Source of the DNA: the human T2T-CHM13v2.0 reference genome, Homo sapiens
Strand: one strand, 5' to 3'
NCBI RefSeq assembly: GCF_009914755.1
Contig: NC_060940.1
Length of the DNA stretch: 64,000 nt
How positions within the stretch are numbered: position 1 is the first letter of the stretch; each line of letters begins with the position of its first letter. Below the pieces are notes generated by a model. That model was given only the letters and a program-made list of their open reading frames with translations, did no database searches and was not told the origin of the DNA. The translations under genes were made by a program, and so were the position numbers. Below are positions 14,410 through 27,862 of this stretch, piece after piece.

Positions 14410-15896
14410 TTTTTTCTTACTATTATATGGTCATATTTTCCTGTTATTAATTATTATCAGTCTGTGTGCCTAGTTCTATAAGCTCCCTGGACTGGGTCTC
14501 TGTCCTGATCATCAACCCTCATGTCTTCTTCTGATTAATATTTCAATAAAAATTTGGAAGCTTGGCATTAAGAATAGCTGTTCCTTAAGAAGAAAACATT
14601 CACCTTTCTGAAATTTGATATAAATGAGCCCATGATTCAGTTAGGAATGTTTGAGCCGAAACTAGGCTACTGCTGGGGATGGCTCGTTGCTGTGTGACTC
14701 AAAAAGTGAGTTAAGAGTTAAAAGCATTGCTTTGCTGTGACTACAATCCTCAGTGAAAACTTCAGCCTACATGCAATGTCAAGACTTCGGTAGTCGAACA
14801 TTCATTCAGGAATCACCATAATCCAACTTCTCTATATTAGTCTGTAGATGGTTTCCATGTGTTCGTGACAGCCAGGCAAATCCAGCCAGGAATACAACAG
14901 CCAGGCAAACGTTTATAATATCTCAAACCTTGCTCAAAATAGTAAGTGCTATTTCTGCATAAGAACAGCATGATCTATAATGTTCAAACTGTATTGTAGC
15001 ACCCCAGTAGAAATATATTGCTGCCTATCTGGGGTATCAGAGGCACAAAGGGACACTGGAAGATAGGTGTGCCTTCTTGGAGAATCAATTTTAGGCTAAC
15101 CTGTGAGAAGAATATATTTTTATATTGATTAGAAGGGAAATCAACTATTGTGAAGTACAGAAATTTATTAGGTTAAGTGAGAAGTATATAACATGTAATT
15201 GCTTAAAGGATTTCTAGAGGAAAATATATAATCATGCAGTTCTATGAGTTTGAAAATAAATACTCTGAGTTATATTAGTACAAGTGAAACACACTAAATC
15301 AGTAGAATTAGGTGAGCATGACTCAGTCAGCAAGCTGTGCATGTCTGAGTCAGCAAAAAATTTGGAAATGTAATGATGATAGAGGGAGATACTACAGCTT
15401 TGAGTTTCTTGGCACCATATAAAAGATACAGGAACTAGGCTGGATTGTAGCAGGAGCTTGTACTGAGAACACAGTTGAGCTTTAATAAGAAAGAGCTTGA
15501 AGGGGAGAATCTAAAAGGCTAATCTGGTTGTGACCTCAGAAATTTCTTAAGCACCCTTTCTTCCTGTTATTTCTTGTGTCTTATCAACCCTACCACCCTG
15601 ACATTGGTATTTGGAGAAAATTTTGGATCGGTTGATTACGGGCTGGATTCTCTCAGTGATTTTTATTAATTGGCTGGATTAACTATCAGCTGTGACAAAG
15701 ACCTACCTGATATCTATATATCTATTAATCTACCAATCTATCCTTACCATTGGTCAATAGCTGTCTATCAAAACAGCATTTATTAATAGTCAAATAGTAC
15801 TTAAGGGCTTACAATGAAAAGCAACATCTATTTCCCTTATTACTCATAAGGGATAAACCTTTTAACTACCTGTTGGTTGAGTTCATGTCTAAAAAT

Positions 15897-16342
15897 GTGT
15901 CTTAGTTTGGGTCCCTCCAGAAGCAGATCCTGAGTCAAGGAGTGAAATCTAAGTAGTTTATTCAAAAAGTGCAAGGAAATAAGGAAAGGACACAGGGAAG
16001 GTAAGGAAAGGTGCTAATGTAGGATGTATTGTTACTTCAGTTACTTTAATGAATGAATAGAGGTTAATTATATAGAAAAAGATATAAAATGGATGCTTCA
16101 GAAATATCTCACTTGGTGGTGGAAAGAGCTAGGACATTTGTTCATCTTCTTCCATTGGACTATGATTGAGTTCTGCTCGTGGCGGTTATTCCCCAGCACT
16201 TCTGACCTGCTTCACCAGTGGACAAAGTGGCCTTCTGGAAAAAGTCCTGAGGCTCACAGACATAGGTGTCAGTTACCTGGAGCACAAAGAAATAGTAAAG
16301 TCCAAAGAAATGCAGGCAAGGCACTGGTAATATCCCCCACAA
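15897..16342 (-). mobile_element. LTR33-like ERVL solo LTR
   Basis: 'gtcttagtttgggtccctccagaagcagatcctgagtcaagga...aagtagtttatt' matches the antisense LTR33 start. Confidence 0.7.
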
Positions 16343-17199
16343 TATACTTCTACTAAATGTCTTTATACTCAATATTGTTTATAATTGATTTATTTTCTCC
16401 TAAAGTAAAAACTAAACTCACACCATAGTCTCCAGATGTTTTCCTGCATCCCATATAATAGATTATACTTTTTATTTCTGAGCTGTTTAGCCTTGTATCT
16501 TTTAAATACTACACATCCCATTTGTCTTTTACAGACATTTTGATGTCTTTCCTTACAAATTAAACATATTAGAACCCTCTTACCCTCTCTCAATTCTCCA
16601 TTACTTTGACATTCCAGCTCCTATCTTTTGTATATTTATTTTTATAACTTTATGTACCTTCCTATGTGTAACATTACATGTTATAGATGCGTTAAACAGG
16701 CTCTCGTGTAACATAATTAAGCTCTAATCAGTTTGCTTATGGGTTGCATGTGTAACTTGATAATTAATAAATATCATCAAATGTATAGGATCATGTTGAA
16801 TACTATCCAATATAGATTGTTCTTGAATCTCTAAAACCTTGTGCTTTAGCTTGGTAAGTCTTTATGTTTGCCCTAAAACCATCATCCTGGAAGTTTCTTT
16901 TGTTATTAGGTGTATTGTAATTATTATTGGAACTATTATTTCCTGGGTCCCATATAAAATACTATGTGTGATAGTCAGAATAGGTATACAATTATTAGTC
17001 AAATATCTTTTATCCTCAAAACATACAAAATTCCTTATACTCTGATCTAACATTTTAGTTTATTTATAAGTGGCTTATTACTACTCCACCTCATACTGAC
17101 CTCCACCTCACAATAACTTAGAATAGTCATTTTATTGCTTATGATTCTAAAATTCTGGAGCAATAAAATGATTCAGTAATGTCTAAGAATTAATCATTT

Positions 17200-17520
17200 T
17201 AATTTCTAGGCTCATATTTTAATTTTGATGACTGATGTTCAGAAAATGTCTTCTTTTTTTGTATTGAATCCAATTTGTTCTTTGTTTTCCCTTTTTGGGG
17301 TAACTGTTAGTAAAGTATTGCATAGCCAAGATTTTTCATCTTTTTTCTGTTCTCACATTTTTTATCTTCATGATAAAATCAGGAGATTTTATTGGCTTTG
17401 TTGTCCAACTTTAATTAATTGATCACTTTTACTTGTAAATTTAGCAATTTCTCTTAATTTCTACAATGTCTTTCATATTTTCTTACTTTACATAGAATTT
17501 TGTTTCTGTTTTTTTGGATG
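17200..17520 (-). mobile_element. Ancient L1 (L1M/HAL1-type) fragment
   Basis: T-rich antisense ORF1-like texture; very diverged. Confidence 0.4.
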
Positions 17521-17624
17521 GATTATATTAGAGGCTCTCATAGACAATAGAGGGTTCAAAACAGGGACAACACAGAGATTTATTTGCTTAAAAATTTTTA
17601 CTTTTTATATACGTGTTTCTGATC

Positions 17625-17736
17625 TGAGTCTCCCTATGCTGCCCAGGCTAGTCTTGAACTCCTCACCTCAAGCAATCCTCCTGTCTTGGCCTCCCAAAAT
17701 GCTGAGATTACAGGCATAAGCCACCAGGTCTGGCCC
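17625..17736 (-). mobile_element. FLAM/AluJ left monomer
   Basis: 'tatgctgcccaggctagtcttgaactcct...caagcaatcctcctgtcttggcctcccaaaatgctgagattacaggc'. Confidence 0.88.
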
Positions 17737-17739
17737 CAA

Positions 17740-17860
17740 GTTTCCCATTTTATGTATAAATAAGCATAGGGACAAATAAGTAAAAGGGTTTCTTCATGAC
17801 CAAACACCAAATAAGTGATAGAACCGGTACTAAAACATAATTCTTCTGACTAAGCTCCTG
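17740..17860 (-). mobile_element. MIR fragment
   Basis: 'cccattttat...ataagtgatagaaccgg...tctgact' antisense MIR pattern. Confidence 0.55.
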
Positions 17861-19139
17861 TTTGTTGCTCCTTCAACTAAAATTTATAAGAGCATATTCC
17901 ACTTTAAAGAAAAATTGTAATTTACAAAATGTGTTATAGAATATACAGAAAAGGATAGGCTTCAAAGAGCAAATGCTTATCCTAAAAAGAAATGAAGTTA
18001 GTAGTAAAAATACAGCAGTTGATTAGAGTTTTAAAAAAATTAATGTCAAAGAGAGATGGCAGGTAATTTTCTTCAATATTGATCATAATTTTTTTAGTTA
18101 GAAAAGTAAAATTTAAAACACAAGCTTTTGACTAGAATGTTATGATTCAGACTATAAGAAATATTGTAAACATAGCATTAGCTAAAAGCAGAAAGTCGCT
18201 TAAATATAAATCCTATCATTGAAGACTAGATAGGGTCTTGTGTATGGATATCAAAATAGGAATAATTTCCCAAGCCAGGTGCCTTCTCACAAAGATTCAA
18301 CTTCTGCATTCTCCAAGAGCTATATCTGAGAAATCATCATGAGCAAGAGCTCCAGAAAATAAGAATTACAGTAATCCAAGCTTAAAAAATCAGAAGCATT
18401 TACCTGCATAGCAAAAGCCTTTGTGCTGATCTGTACCCACAGCCTGGCTAGGTTTATTTCAGAACAGAAAGTTTAAAGCAATAATAGTTTCAGCCAATAC
18501 AAATAACCCTGGCAAAGATTAAAAATTAGGTGTTTACTTGAATGTGAGCTCACTAATGTTTTTCTATTTGCACTAAAAGTAAACGTTATAATAACAATGA
18601 TTTTAGATTACTAGATTCTAATTGCTAGTGGGAGATAACTCATTATTTGGTAGTTTAATGTAGTGAACCCTCAAATAACTGGCACGTTACAGCATAGTTG
18701 GAGATAGAGTAAATGTCTAATTATAGAATGCTAACATATTTCTGAACTGAAATAGCCCAGGCGAAAGGAAAAGGGATCAGGTATTTTAGAATTGTATTCA
18801 GCAACCCAGAGTGGCATGGTGTGACCTCCTTCTTTTCACAATCCTTTGAATGGCTTGATGTTTACAAACAAATAATGTGCTTTGTAGAACAAAAAGAATA
18901 TGAATTTAATTTAAAAGAGTCTGAATTTTTAATGTTGACCCTGTTTTCTACTTAAGTAATTGTTTTGGTCTGATCATGTTTGTTACCTCATTTATAGGAT
19001 GATGGGATTGAACTACATGTCCCCTAGTGCCTCTATAAGCTCTGGCATTCTAGGGCCACTTCTATTAATCTAAATATCAGTACTATTGGTTGTAAATCCT
19101 TTCAGCAATTATATCCAATAAAAAAAATTACTTCAGGTA

Positions 19140-19513
19140 CGCATCAGTTTGTATTTTTCTCTCTCATTGTCACTTTGGAGTTGGCCATGTTTTTGCCCTT
19201 GGCCAGTGGGACATCAGCAAACATGTTATAAGCAGAGGCTTGAAAGGTCCTTGTGCATTGTATCTGCCCTTCTTGGGACCCTGACCTGGAGTTATCACAT
19301 AATAAATCCTGTGCATTCCACTGAGGAATTACACGGAAGAGAACCAAGACACCAGAGCTGATAGCCAGGACTAACTGTCAGCCACGTGACTACAGCCACA
19401 CTGGAGCTTCCATAGCCACTGAGTCAACTGAGAATATAAGATCTCGTCCACAATTGTTGTTATATGACAATAAGTTTCAGAATAGTTTGTTACAGGCCAA
19501 TAGATAACTGACA
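19140..19513 (+). mobile_element. MaLR solo LTR (MLT1G/H/I-like)
   Basis: 'ttggccagtgggacatcagcaaacatg...agcagaggcttgaaa'; end 'tagtttgttacaggccaatagataactgaca'. Confidence 0.75.
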
Positions 19514-19589
19514 GACCATTTGGAAAGGGCTTCACAAACAGAGAATACTGAGCTATTTCTGGAATTAGTGGTGATGTGGCCAACAGTTC

Positions 19590-19838
19590 TTTGTCACATG
19601 GGCTTCTCCAACATGTCAACTTGCTTCCTAAAAGCCAGAAAGGAAGAGAAGCTGCCAATAAGATGGAATCTTTAGTATTTTGTAACCTAATAATAGAAAA
19701 GATATGCCATCACTTCTGCTGTATTCGATTTGTTAATCTCTAAGTACAGCCCACACTCAAGGGCAGGGAATAACACAAAGACGTAAATGCCAAGAGATAG
19801 GAATCAATGGGGGTCATCTTAGAAATATTCCTATCATA
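19590..19838 (-). mobile_element. MaLR LTR fragment (MLT1E/F-like)
   Basis: 'ccatcacttctgctgtattc...cccacactcaagggcaggg...gggggtcatcttagaa'. Confidence 0.75.
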
Positions 19839-19894
19839 TGCCCATAGACAATGCTGAATATCATTTTAAACAGGTTTATACATAAATGAATATG

Positions 19895-20175
19895 CAAACA
19901 TGTATTGATCAACATATATGTGCCAAGCATTGTGCTATGTGCTGGAGATACTTAGCTGGTAATAACACAGTTCTGCTTTCTAGAGCATATACTAAAGCAA
20001 GTGATATGGAGGTATAAAAATTTGAAATATACAATAAAAGTGATAAACTGCAGTTTTTATGGAATGCATGAGGTACAAATGGAATTTAAATACAGCATGA
20101 TTAATTTTGTTGGTTTAGCTAGGTTAGAATTTCTTGTAAGTATGGTAACCAAGCCAGGGTTTTAGAGATGATTCA
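19895..20175 (-). mobile_element. L2 3' end
   Basis: 'tatgtgccaagcattgtgctatgtgctggagata' antisense L2 terminus. Confidence 0.7.
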
Positions 20176-20859
20176 TCATTTTCCATCTCTGGACTTGGAA
20201 ATTATGAATCAAGAGACATTTCACATATAAAATAACATGTTCTTGTGTTCATGTGTGTATGTGTAAAGCAGATAGTAATGGCGATATAGATATGTTGATT
20301 GGTATAATTGTTCCCCCTTGATTAGTCACAAACAAAATGTGCTGTCTTGTAAAGTCTGTTGAAGAATCATCTGTCCCAGAGCCTATAGGTGACTCAGTGA
20401 AGGTCTTTAAGAGAAGGCAAATAGCCTAGGAGGTGAGAAGATCGGATTCAGATGTAAACAGGAGCCTGGATGTAATTGATCTCACAGTGGCCTCTATTTC
20501 CTAAATTGTTCAGGTTAATTGCACATTGGAGAAAATTGACCAAGTTACTAGTTTGGGACAAAACTGCTCTAAAACTAATTCTTTCAGATGGGAAAGAAGA
20601 GCTCCTTTGACACCAGGGCATTTCTAAGGATGCATCATAGAGGAGAATTTAATGATCTGTAAACTTTCACATCTGTTGACAGTTGCTCTCTGCTGTTATC
20701 GTAGAAAGTAAAGTAAGAGGAAAGTGTGATTTTTAAAATGAGTGTACCGAAGGATTTATTAAAATTATAAACAGAGGTGAAATGTATAAAACCACAGACG
20801 TGCCACTAGGGAAGGACTTTCTTGCTTGTTTTACACTGGGTAAGTGCAGTTGGTAAGTG

Positions 20860-21060
20860 TCGGTTTAGAATATTCAAGAACATGATTTGAATTCATAATT
20901 AAATTTAAATCCTGGCTCCATCACTTACTTGCTATGGGACCTTGAGTGAGTCTTTTAATATTATGAACCTTAGACATTCCAATCTATAAAATTGGGGTAC
21001 ATGTATTCTCTGATTTTTGTTGAGAAGTCAATGAAAATTTTAGTAAAAATACTTAAACGT
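20860..21060 (+). mobile_element. MIR
   Basis: 'aaatcctggctccatcacttacttgctatgggaccttgagtgagtc...atctataaaattgggg'. Confidence 0.8.
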
Positions 21061-22794
21061 AATAGTAATTTGAGTTTCTTTCCTTTTTTTTGTTTCATGT
21101 CCCAAGGTTTGAGGAACCCATGTCAGAATGTCTCCTTACTCCCTCTTCATATACTTAATAATCAGACAGTGTTGCCACTTGACCAAAAATCCATTATTAA
21201 AAACATGCCCCAAAGGTTATGTTGTTTCCAAGTCAAGTCAGCAATGGTGATTGTCTCCAAAGATCCCCAACACTAGTTAGGTTCTGAATTACTGGAAGAA
21301 TGAGGCAAAGGAGATGACTTACCTAAAACAAAGAGAAACCCATTGAACACCAAACCATCGGTGGCCAATATTGCAAGTTTCCAAGGCCAAATACACACTT
21401 CGGCTTGATTGCCTGGGTCAAAGATCCTGAAATCCTTATTTGCGATGACATTGCTCCTGGTATTTATGAGGAGAGAGAACCTATTCATTCTCTGACTCTT
21501 AGAATTTGACTGCATGCCACCCCAAATAGCATATACTCTAGCTAAGAGCAAAACTCAGCATGAACAGATTGAAATTGTCTAGGTTCAGGATTTGGAGTAG
21601 GGCAAGGGGTGGAATGGAGCACGTTAGATCCATGTGAAGGTTTGTGAAGGGAACCTGTTATTACAGGCAGAACATTATTTCTGAATGCAAAGGCAAGAGA
21701 CAAGTGGTAAGAAATTAAACCTATCAGTGTTAGAAAGTGTGTACATAGGATGGCAGTTGTTAAAAATGAATAAATGAGATATACTAGTGGACAGCAAACT
21801 AGTGGGGAGAAAGAACCATCTTCTAATGTCTCCAAATTATTGATAAGGCTCAAACTCAATAAACGTTTTTGAGAAAGAACAATTTTAAAACATTACTAAA
21901 AAAACCCAAAGAAAATCCATCTATGTTAATGGAAAGTTCTTATGGATAAATTATTCCTTAGATAGAAACTGCCTTCCCTGAACATGAGCTTGTCCTTTTT
22001 CTTAATCTTTTTCCCTGTTTCATGTGATAACATTATAAATATCCTATTCTATGCCTTCCCAACAATACCACCATACTCATAATCCCCTTTCACCCAGAAT
22101 TCTTACCTCAAATGCCCTTAACCACTACTCACATATGGCTTCAAGATGTCTCTTCATTCTGTTCCTGACAAGCCATGGAATTTCCTGACTCTGCTACTTC
22201 TAAACAAGTTTTCTTAACTTTGCAGATTCTCAGTTCCACATGGATAAACTATACAGAAAACGCCTACCTTAGATCTGGAAGTTCCTGGAGATGATAATAT
22301 GAGAACTTGAGTATGAATAAACTATAGAGTGTATGGGATACATCAAGAATGCAGTATTTCCTGGTTATTACTGTTATTGCTGATTTTATTTAGTATAATA
22401 CTATTATAATTTCTATTATTATAACTGCTTAGCTTTCCAGACTGTAAGCTTCGTGAGCTGGAGCTTTAGCTTTCTTTATATATGCCTTACTCAATACCCA
22501 ATTTAAGGTCATAATGTATAAGGTGACCAAAAGTGTTGGCAACTTGGAAGACAGACAATTTGAAAAGAAAGTCTAAGATACATTGGCAATATGAGGAAAA
22601 GGATGTCAGAGAGCTTTAATGCAGATGAAAACACATTTAGCCTTTCTCTAAGAAAATGTTGGGAGAGGTCTGCTATTATGAAGTAAATATTCCATATCTC
22701 AAAAATTATGTGGCATAAACACAAATACTTTAAATAATAATATTTAAATAATACTTTAAATAATTAAAACAAAACTTATAAAATATGAACAGCT

Positions 22795-22960
22795 GGCTAG
22801 GCATGGTGGTGCACATATGTAGTCCCAGCTACTCAGGAAGCTTAAGTATGAGAATCCCTTGAGCCTGCGAGGCAGAGCTTCCAGTGAGCCAAGATCGTGC
22901 CATTGCCCCCCAACCTGGGTAACAGATCAAGACTCTGAAGAAAAAAAGAAAAGAAAAAAT
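22795..22960 (+). mobile_element. FRAM/AluJ right monomer with A tail
   Basis: 'ggcatggtggtgcacatatgtagtcccagctactcagg...cagtgagccaagatcgtgccattgc...aacctgggtaacaga'. Confidence 0.88.
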
Positions 22961-24609
22961 CTTGGGAGAGCAATTAAGGATAATTCCCAATTCTCATTAC
23001 AAAACCCGTTATTTAATTTGAATGCATATAGTATCAAGCTAAAATGGACTTCAAATGATTTCATGTTGGCACACTCTGAGTCGTTGTGTGGACCCCTAGT
23101 TTGAATACTCCTGATTGGCTGTCATTTTACTTTCAGATTCACTGAGCATCTCTGTACAGGATTCTCTTTTCTTTGGAAGAAAAGACCTAACTGAAGTCAT
23201 GCAGAGAGAGTCATGCTTTACCTACAAGGCAGCTGAAGTGGGCAATATTGTAGCAAAAGAAGGTGTTACAGTTGCCTGTAAGAGAGGTCCCCAGGGCTGT
23301 TTAAGCAGAGGCAGAAAGAAATCACACATAAGCAACTCTCCAAGCCAACAACGTGGTACTTCTTTTTATTGATAATTATATCTTACATATCTGAATAAGC
23401 TTAGGCTCCTGAAGGTGTAAAAATGCCCCAGAGGTATAGCCACTAAAAATTAACACTCCAATGCACATCCTAATTAGGATTTAATTAGGAAAATTTTAAA
23501 AAATGCCAAGCACATGTTTTTAGCAAGTGCAGAATCACTGACTTATTGCTTGTAGGTTTTCTATATATTTTTCATTGTAAATATCCAATTATAATTGTCA
23601 TTTAGGTCAGACTTTAGGAATTCAATTCTTATTCCAAATAATGAGAATTTGTTTCCTTCAGCGTAATATCCTCTAGTATAGTCTTTGTGTCTCTTAATTT
23701 ACAATGCGGCCTACACAGTTCCTCCTGGTTGCATTGAATCTGGTGTTTTTGTCATGATGTGATGCATTACTCTTCAACAAAGCCCCACAACTTGTATTTA
23801 CAACCATGCGTAAGGAAGAAAAAAGTGACAGTCACATCTGTGTTCTTGTTCCTGAGAGATTTGTTACAAACCATGATTGTAAAACCTCAGTTTCCTTTCT
23901 ATAGTAAATGTTGGGCCTGTGCATCCAACTCTGACCAAACTTTTGGAGTGATTTATAGCATATCTGTTTTGACCTACCCCTGATAATATTCAAATTAAAG
24001 TCACGGTTGGAAAAGAACATGGTATGTGCTGTGTGAATTCCACTAAAGGTATGGAAACTGTTCCAAGTTTAATTTGTGGCCACTGACACCAGCTTTTAAA
24101 AGCCACAGCTGACAGGGAATAATGTCTGATGTTGATTTCTTAATCACACCACCATTATGGACATAATAGGTTGCTAAAGTAATAAGCGTTACTCCTTTTC
24201 TGATGGTATTTCAATGCTTTTCACAGCCACTTCTAATGACCATTGAGCTATTTGGTCTAATGAGTGAGAAGACACCAACATCTTTATTCAAAAGTCCCTA
24301 ATGATAATTGCCATCTATCACCCCATTCTTCAGAGCCCGTGACATATATCCACCAAATTCCACTATCATCATCATCACTGCAGGGCTGCATCCCAATCTT
24401 GCTAGACTTGAATAATTAGGTCTAATTTATAACTGATCCAATGATGGCTATAGTAATTACTCTCAAATTCATGTTTTCTGTTGTGTCTGAATATCACTCA
24501 ACTCTAGAAAATTGTTTAAAGTTTTTTAAAGAAATCATAAATATGAATAGTGACAGCTTTAATGTCAGTTAATCAGTGAAAATTTCATACCTACATTTCT
24601 TTATATAAT

Positions 24610-24830
24610 ATGGAGTGAAGAGCAAGGAACTTGAAGGGTATAGACCTGGATTAAAGTTTTCGTTTTATCCCTTAACAGCTGTCGTAACCATTACCACGCA
24701 AGTCAGGCTCTCTGAGGCTCAGTGTTCAGTCTCTAAAACGGGAATAAGGACAGTGCTTTCCTAATATGATGGTTGCATTCTACATAAAATGGTAGCTATT
24801 ATTATCATGATCTTTGTTACTACCATTATT
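24610..24830 (+). mobile_element. MIR
   Basis: 'agacctggatt...ctctctgaggctcagt...ctaaaacgggaataa'. Confidence 0.7.
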
Positions 24831-25079
24831 ATTCCCATCTCACATACTTCTATTTTTTACAGAGAATAAAGAACCACACGCAGTTCTTAGAATGAGAACA
24901 TGACTGGGATTCCCTTATTGTGACAAATAATTCAGCCGTGAATGTGGAGTATCATTTCTAGGTCTATCACTGAGCAGCATCTGAATCTTTAAGCTTCTAT
25001 ACTAAAGATACCTGACTTGAGTTAGAAAGCTACCAAATTGTTGAAACATAAGAATACAAGCAGCAAAGAAGAGAAGCAG

Positions 25080-25285
25080 CCAATATGTAGAATACACACA
25101 GGTGTAAGGCACTAAGCTAAGAATTTTGGCTTGTTATCTCATATTTATGTTCACGAAAATCGTATGAAGGAGATCACAATATTTCTATTGAATATCTAAA
25201 TAATCTAAGGCTTCTAGAGATAAAGTAAGTCTAATTTCAAGCAGCTACTAAGTGGTAAGAATGTTGTGGTTCATTCCAAGATCTA
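25080..25285 (-). mobile_element. MIR
   Basis: 'aggcactaagctaag...ttatctcat...cagctactaagtggtaaga'. Confidence 0.65.
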
Positions 25286-25914
25286 AAGATACATAAACTG
25301 TGTGACCTTTCAAAGAATGTATGAATTACATTCTGGTTAAGACAGATACTAAAGGAATGAATTCAAAAAATGCATGGAAAGAAACAACAATGACATGTGC
25401 AATATAAAATTTGCAGGTACTGGAGCACAGCAGAAACCAGAATGTTTCTTTGCATACATTTAAGGCTAAACATACAGCAATATGAAAATGGCATGCAAAA
25501 GTAAAAATTTAACCTTTGGCCTATATTTGATATTGATCAGACTCAAATTAAAAATGTTTGTCCTGTTTTCCCATATACATAATATAAAAAAGAAAAGGTG
25601 AATATTTAATAAGAGTGATGTGATAGGGACTATATCATATTAGAGGTTATCAGGGAAAAAATCCAAAAGGGAAGCCATTTAATTTTTAAAATAGAAAGTT
25701 ACTTCACATAGACACAGATCTATCCTCAATATTCTGAAGTGAGAAGCACACATTTAAAAATCACATTTATAATTAAGGTAGAATTCAGTTACAATAAAGT
25801 AACTGAATTCTCTCTTATTGAAAATATTTAAATGTGGCTAAGAAACAATGATATGGTTTCCACCTCCAGTCTGGGAATAACTCCACATTAACCTTGTTAA
25901 TTTTCACTTTATAG

Positions 25915-26383
25915 TTATAGACAATTGCAAAATGAATGATCACAATATTTTACCTTTTCTTGTAAAGAGATGGAGCCTACTTTCTCATATCTTCAATATG
26001 GGCTGGCCTTGTGATATACTCAGCATGTGAGAATCCTAAGCCCAACCCTCAAGAGATCTCAAAGCTTCCTTTCTTGTTGCTCTTGAACTCCTTTGTTCAC
26101 TATGTGAACAAACCAAAGCAAGCCTACTAAAGATGATATGGAGACAGGACCCAACGATGCCAGCCATTACATCATAGACCATCCTGCCCCAAAAAACCCA
26201 CCAGATGATCACAGACGCTAGGACCTAGCTGGTATCAGCTAAGCCTGGCCCAAATCTGAAGAACTGCCCTCCTCATCTCCGTCCAGATTGTTAACCCACA
26301 AAATTCTATGCTAAATAAATGGCTGTCATTTCCCATTACTAAATTTTGGGGTGATTTATTATGCAGCAGAAGTTAACTGATAA
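25915..26383 (+). mobile_element. MaLR solo LTR (MLT1G/H-like)
   Basis: 'aagagatggagcct...gggctggccttgtga'; end 'ctaaattttggggtgatttattatgcagcagaagttaactgata'. Confidence 0.8.
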
Positions 26384-26504
26384 AAATTAGTTCAAACTAC
26401 TTAAATGTGTCAATTTTATGAAATACTTCCCAAAATGCAAAAATATTCTAATATTTTGAGAAATTTAAGCAGCTCTCCATTTCCTTCCTAGGAGAATTTT
26501 TATC

Positions 26505-26665
26505 TGATTTTTGAATAGATAATGCACTTACATGATTCAAAATTCAAAATCTACAAAAGTGTATAGAATAAAATTCTCTTTCCTTTTTCTATTCCCTAGA
26601 TATCCAGTTACCCACAGGAAAAGTTATGTTATCAGATTCTAAGGCATACTTCCAGGAATATTTTA
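26505..26665 (-). mobile_element. Ancient L1ME 3' fragment
   Basis: 'aatagataatgcacttacatgattcaaaattcaaaatctacaaaagtgtata'. Confidence 0.6.
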
Positions 26666-26719
26666 ACCTTTTAAAAGATGTGTGTGATATAAGATGCACG
26701 TGTTCTAATTCCCAGTCTT

Positions 26720-27045
26720 CTCTTTGAGATCTTCATGACTAAAATCTCCCCCATTTTCAAGTAGTGGCCCAAACAATCCTTTTAAAACGAGCTGCATTCT
26801 CATCTCTCTACTTGATTTATATGCTGGCTTCCAAAGACTTGGAACCCTCCTAAGTGGTTTTTATTTTTCAAACCACAATACCACGAATGTACTATGTATA
26901 TTGTTCATTGTAGTTAATATTTGCCTTTACCTTTGTATGTTCCTTGATGAAAAGGGTAATTTTATGCTGTGTCTGGATATAGTTAAAGCACCTACTATGT
27001 TGTGTACATATAGTAGGTGCTCAGTCAATTCTGTTAAATCAATGA
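26720..27045 (+). mobile_element. L2 3' end with terminal stem-loop
   Basis: 'agcacctactat...atagtaggtgctcagtcaattctgttaaatcaatga'. Confidence 0.7.
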
Positions 27046-27530
27046 CAGCATCCTGAAGATGAGAAAAATCTGATGAAGATATCATAAAGAAAAATCAAAA
27101 CTATACCTTGGTGTCAGATTCAGGGTAACAGTATAAGTTGATACAACTAATAATTATTTATTCAACTAATATTTTTTGAACGCAAGGAAATGTTTCTTGG
27201 TGTTATAATGAATAAAATGATTAAGCAGACATGTCTTTGCCCTCTAACTGATTGAAGGTTCATAGAGGTGATAGTCAGAGAGGTATATTATAAAATGCCT
27301 GCTACCTACTAGGATATTGATGGCTGGCTAAAATAAAGCTGCTAAAAGTGTTGTACCCTAATAACTCAATGAATCAGAAAAAATTAAGTACTGTGAGTGG
27401 CATAGACAAATTGCTGACAATTCAGAAGAGTGATTACTTTCTATTAGAATAATAAGAGAGCCTTCATACAGGCAAGGGTTGTATTTGAGTTGGGCATTGA
27501 AGGATCTATAGAACTGAGAAAAGGAAGGTT

Positions 27531-27625
27531 ACCCAGGCTAGTCTTGCACTCCTGACCTCAGGTGATCCACCTGCCTTGGCCTCCCAAGGTGCTGGGATTA
27601 CAGACATGAGCCACCGCACTTGACC
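27531..27625 (-). mobile_element. AluS left-arm fragment (no right arm or tail)
   Basis: 'ctcctgacctcaggtgatccacctgccttggcctcccaaggtgctgggattacag'. Confidence 0.9.
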
Positions 27626-27752
27626 TACTTTACTTTCCCTTAACAGCTACTTAGTAGTCCCTAGTACAGAAACACCCAAGTTCTTAAGCCAGGTCCCTAT
27701 GAATGGGCATGAAAGTGGGTTCTTATATATAAATTTTTATTGCTACGAACTA

Positions 27753-27862
27753 TGAGGTGGGAGGATCATTTGAACCTGAGAGAAGGACAGTGGAGCAAGA
27801 CATGATTGTGCCACTGTACTCCAGCCTGGGCAACAGAGAAAGACCCTGACTTAGAGAAAAAA
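27753..27862 (+). mobile_element. AluJ-like right-arm fragment
   Basis: 'tgaggtgggaggatcatttgaacc...tgattgtgccactgtactccagcctgggcaacagag'. Confidence 0.85.
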
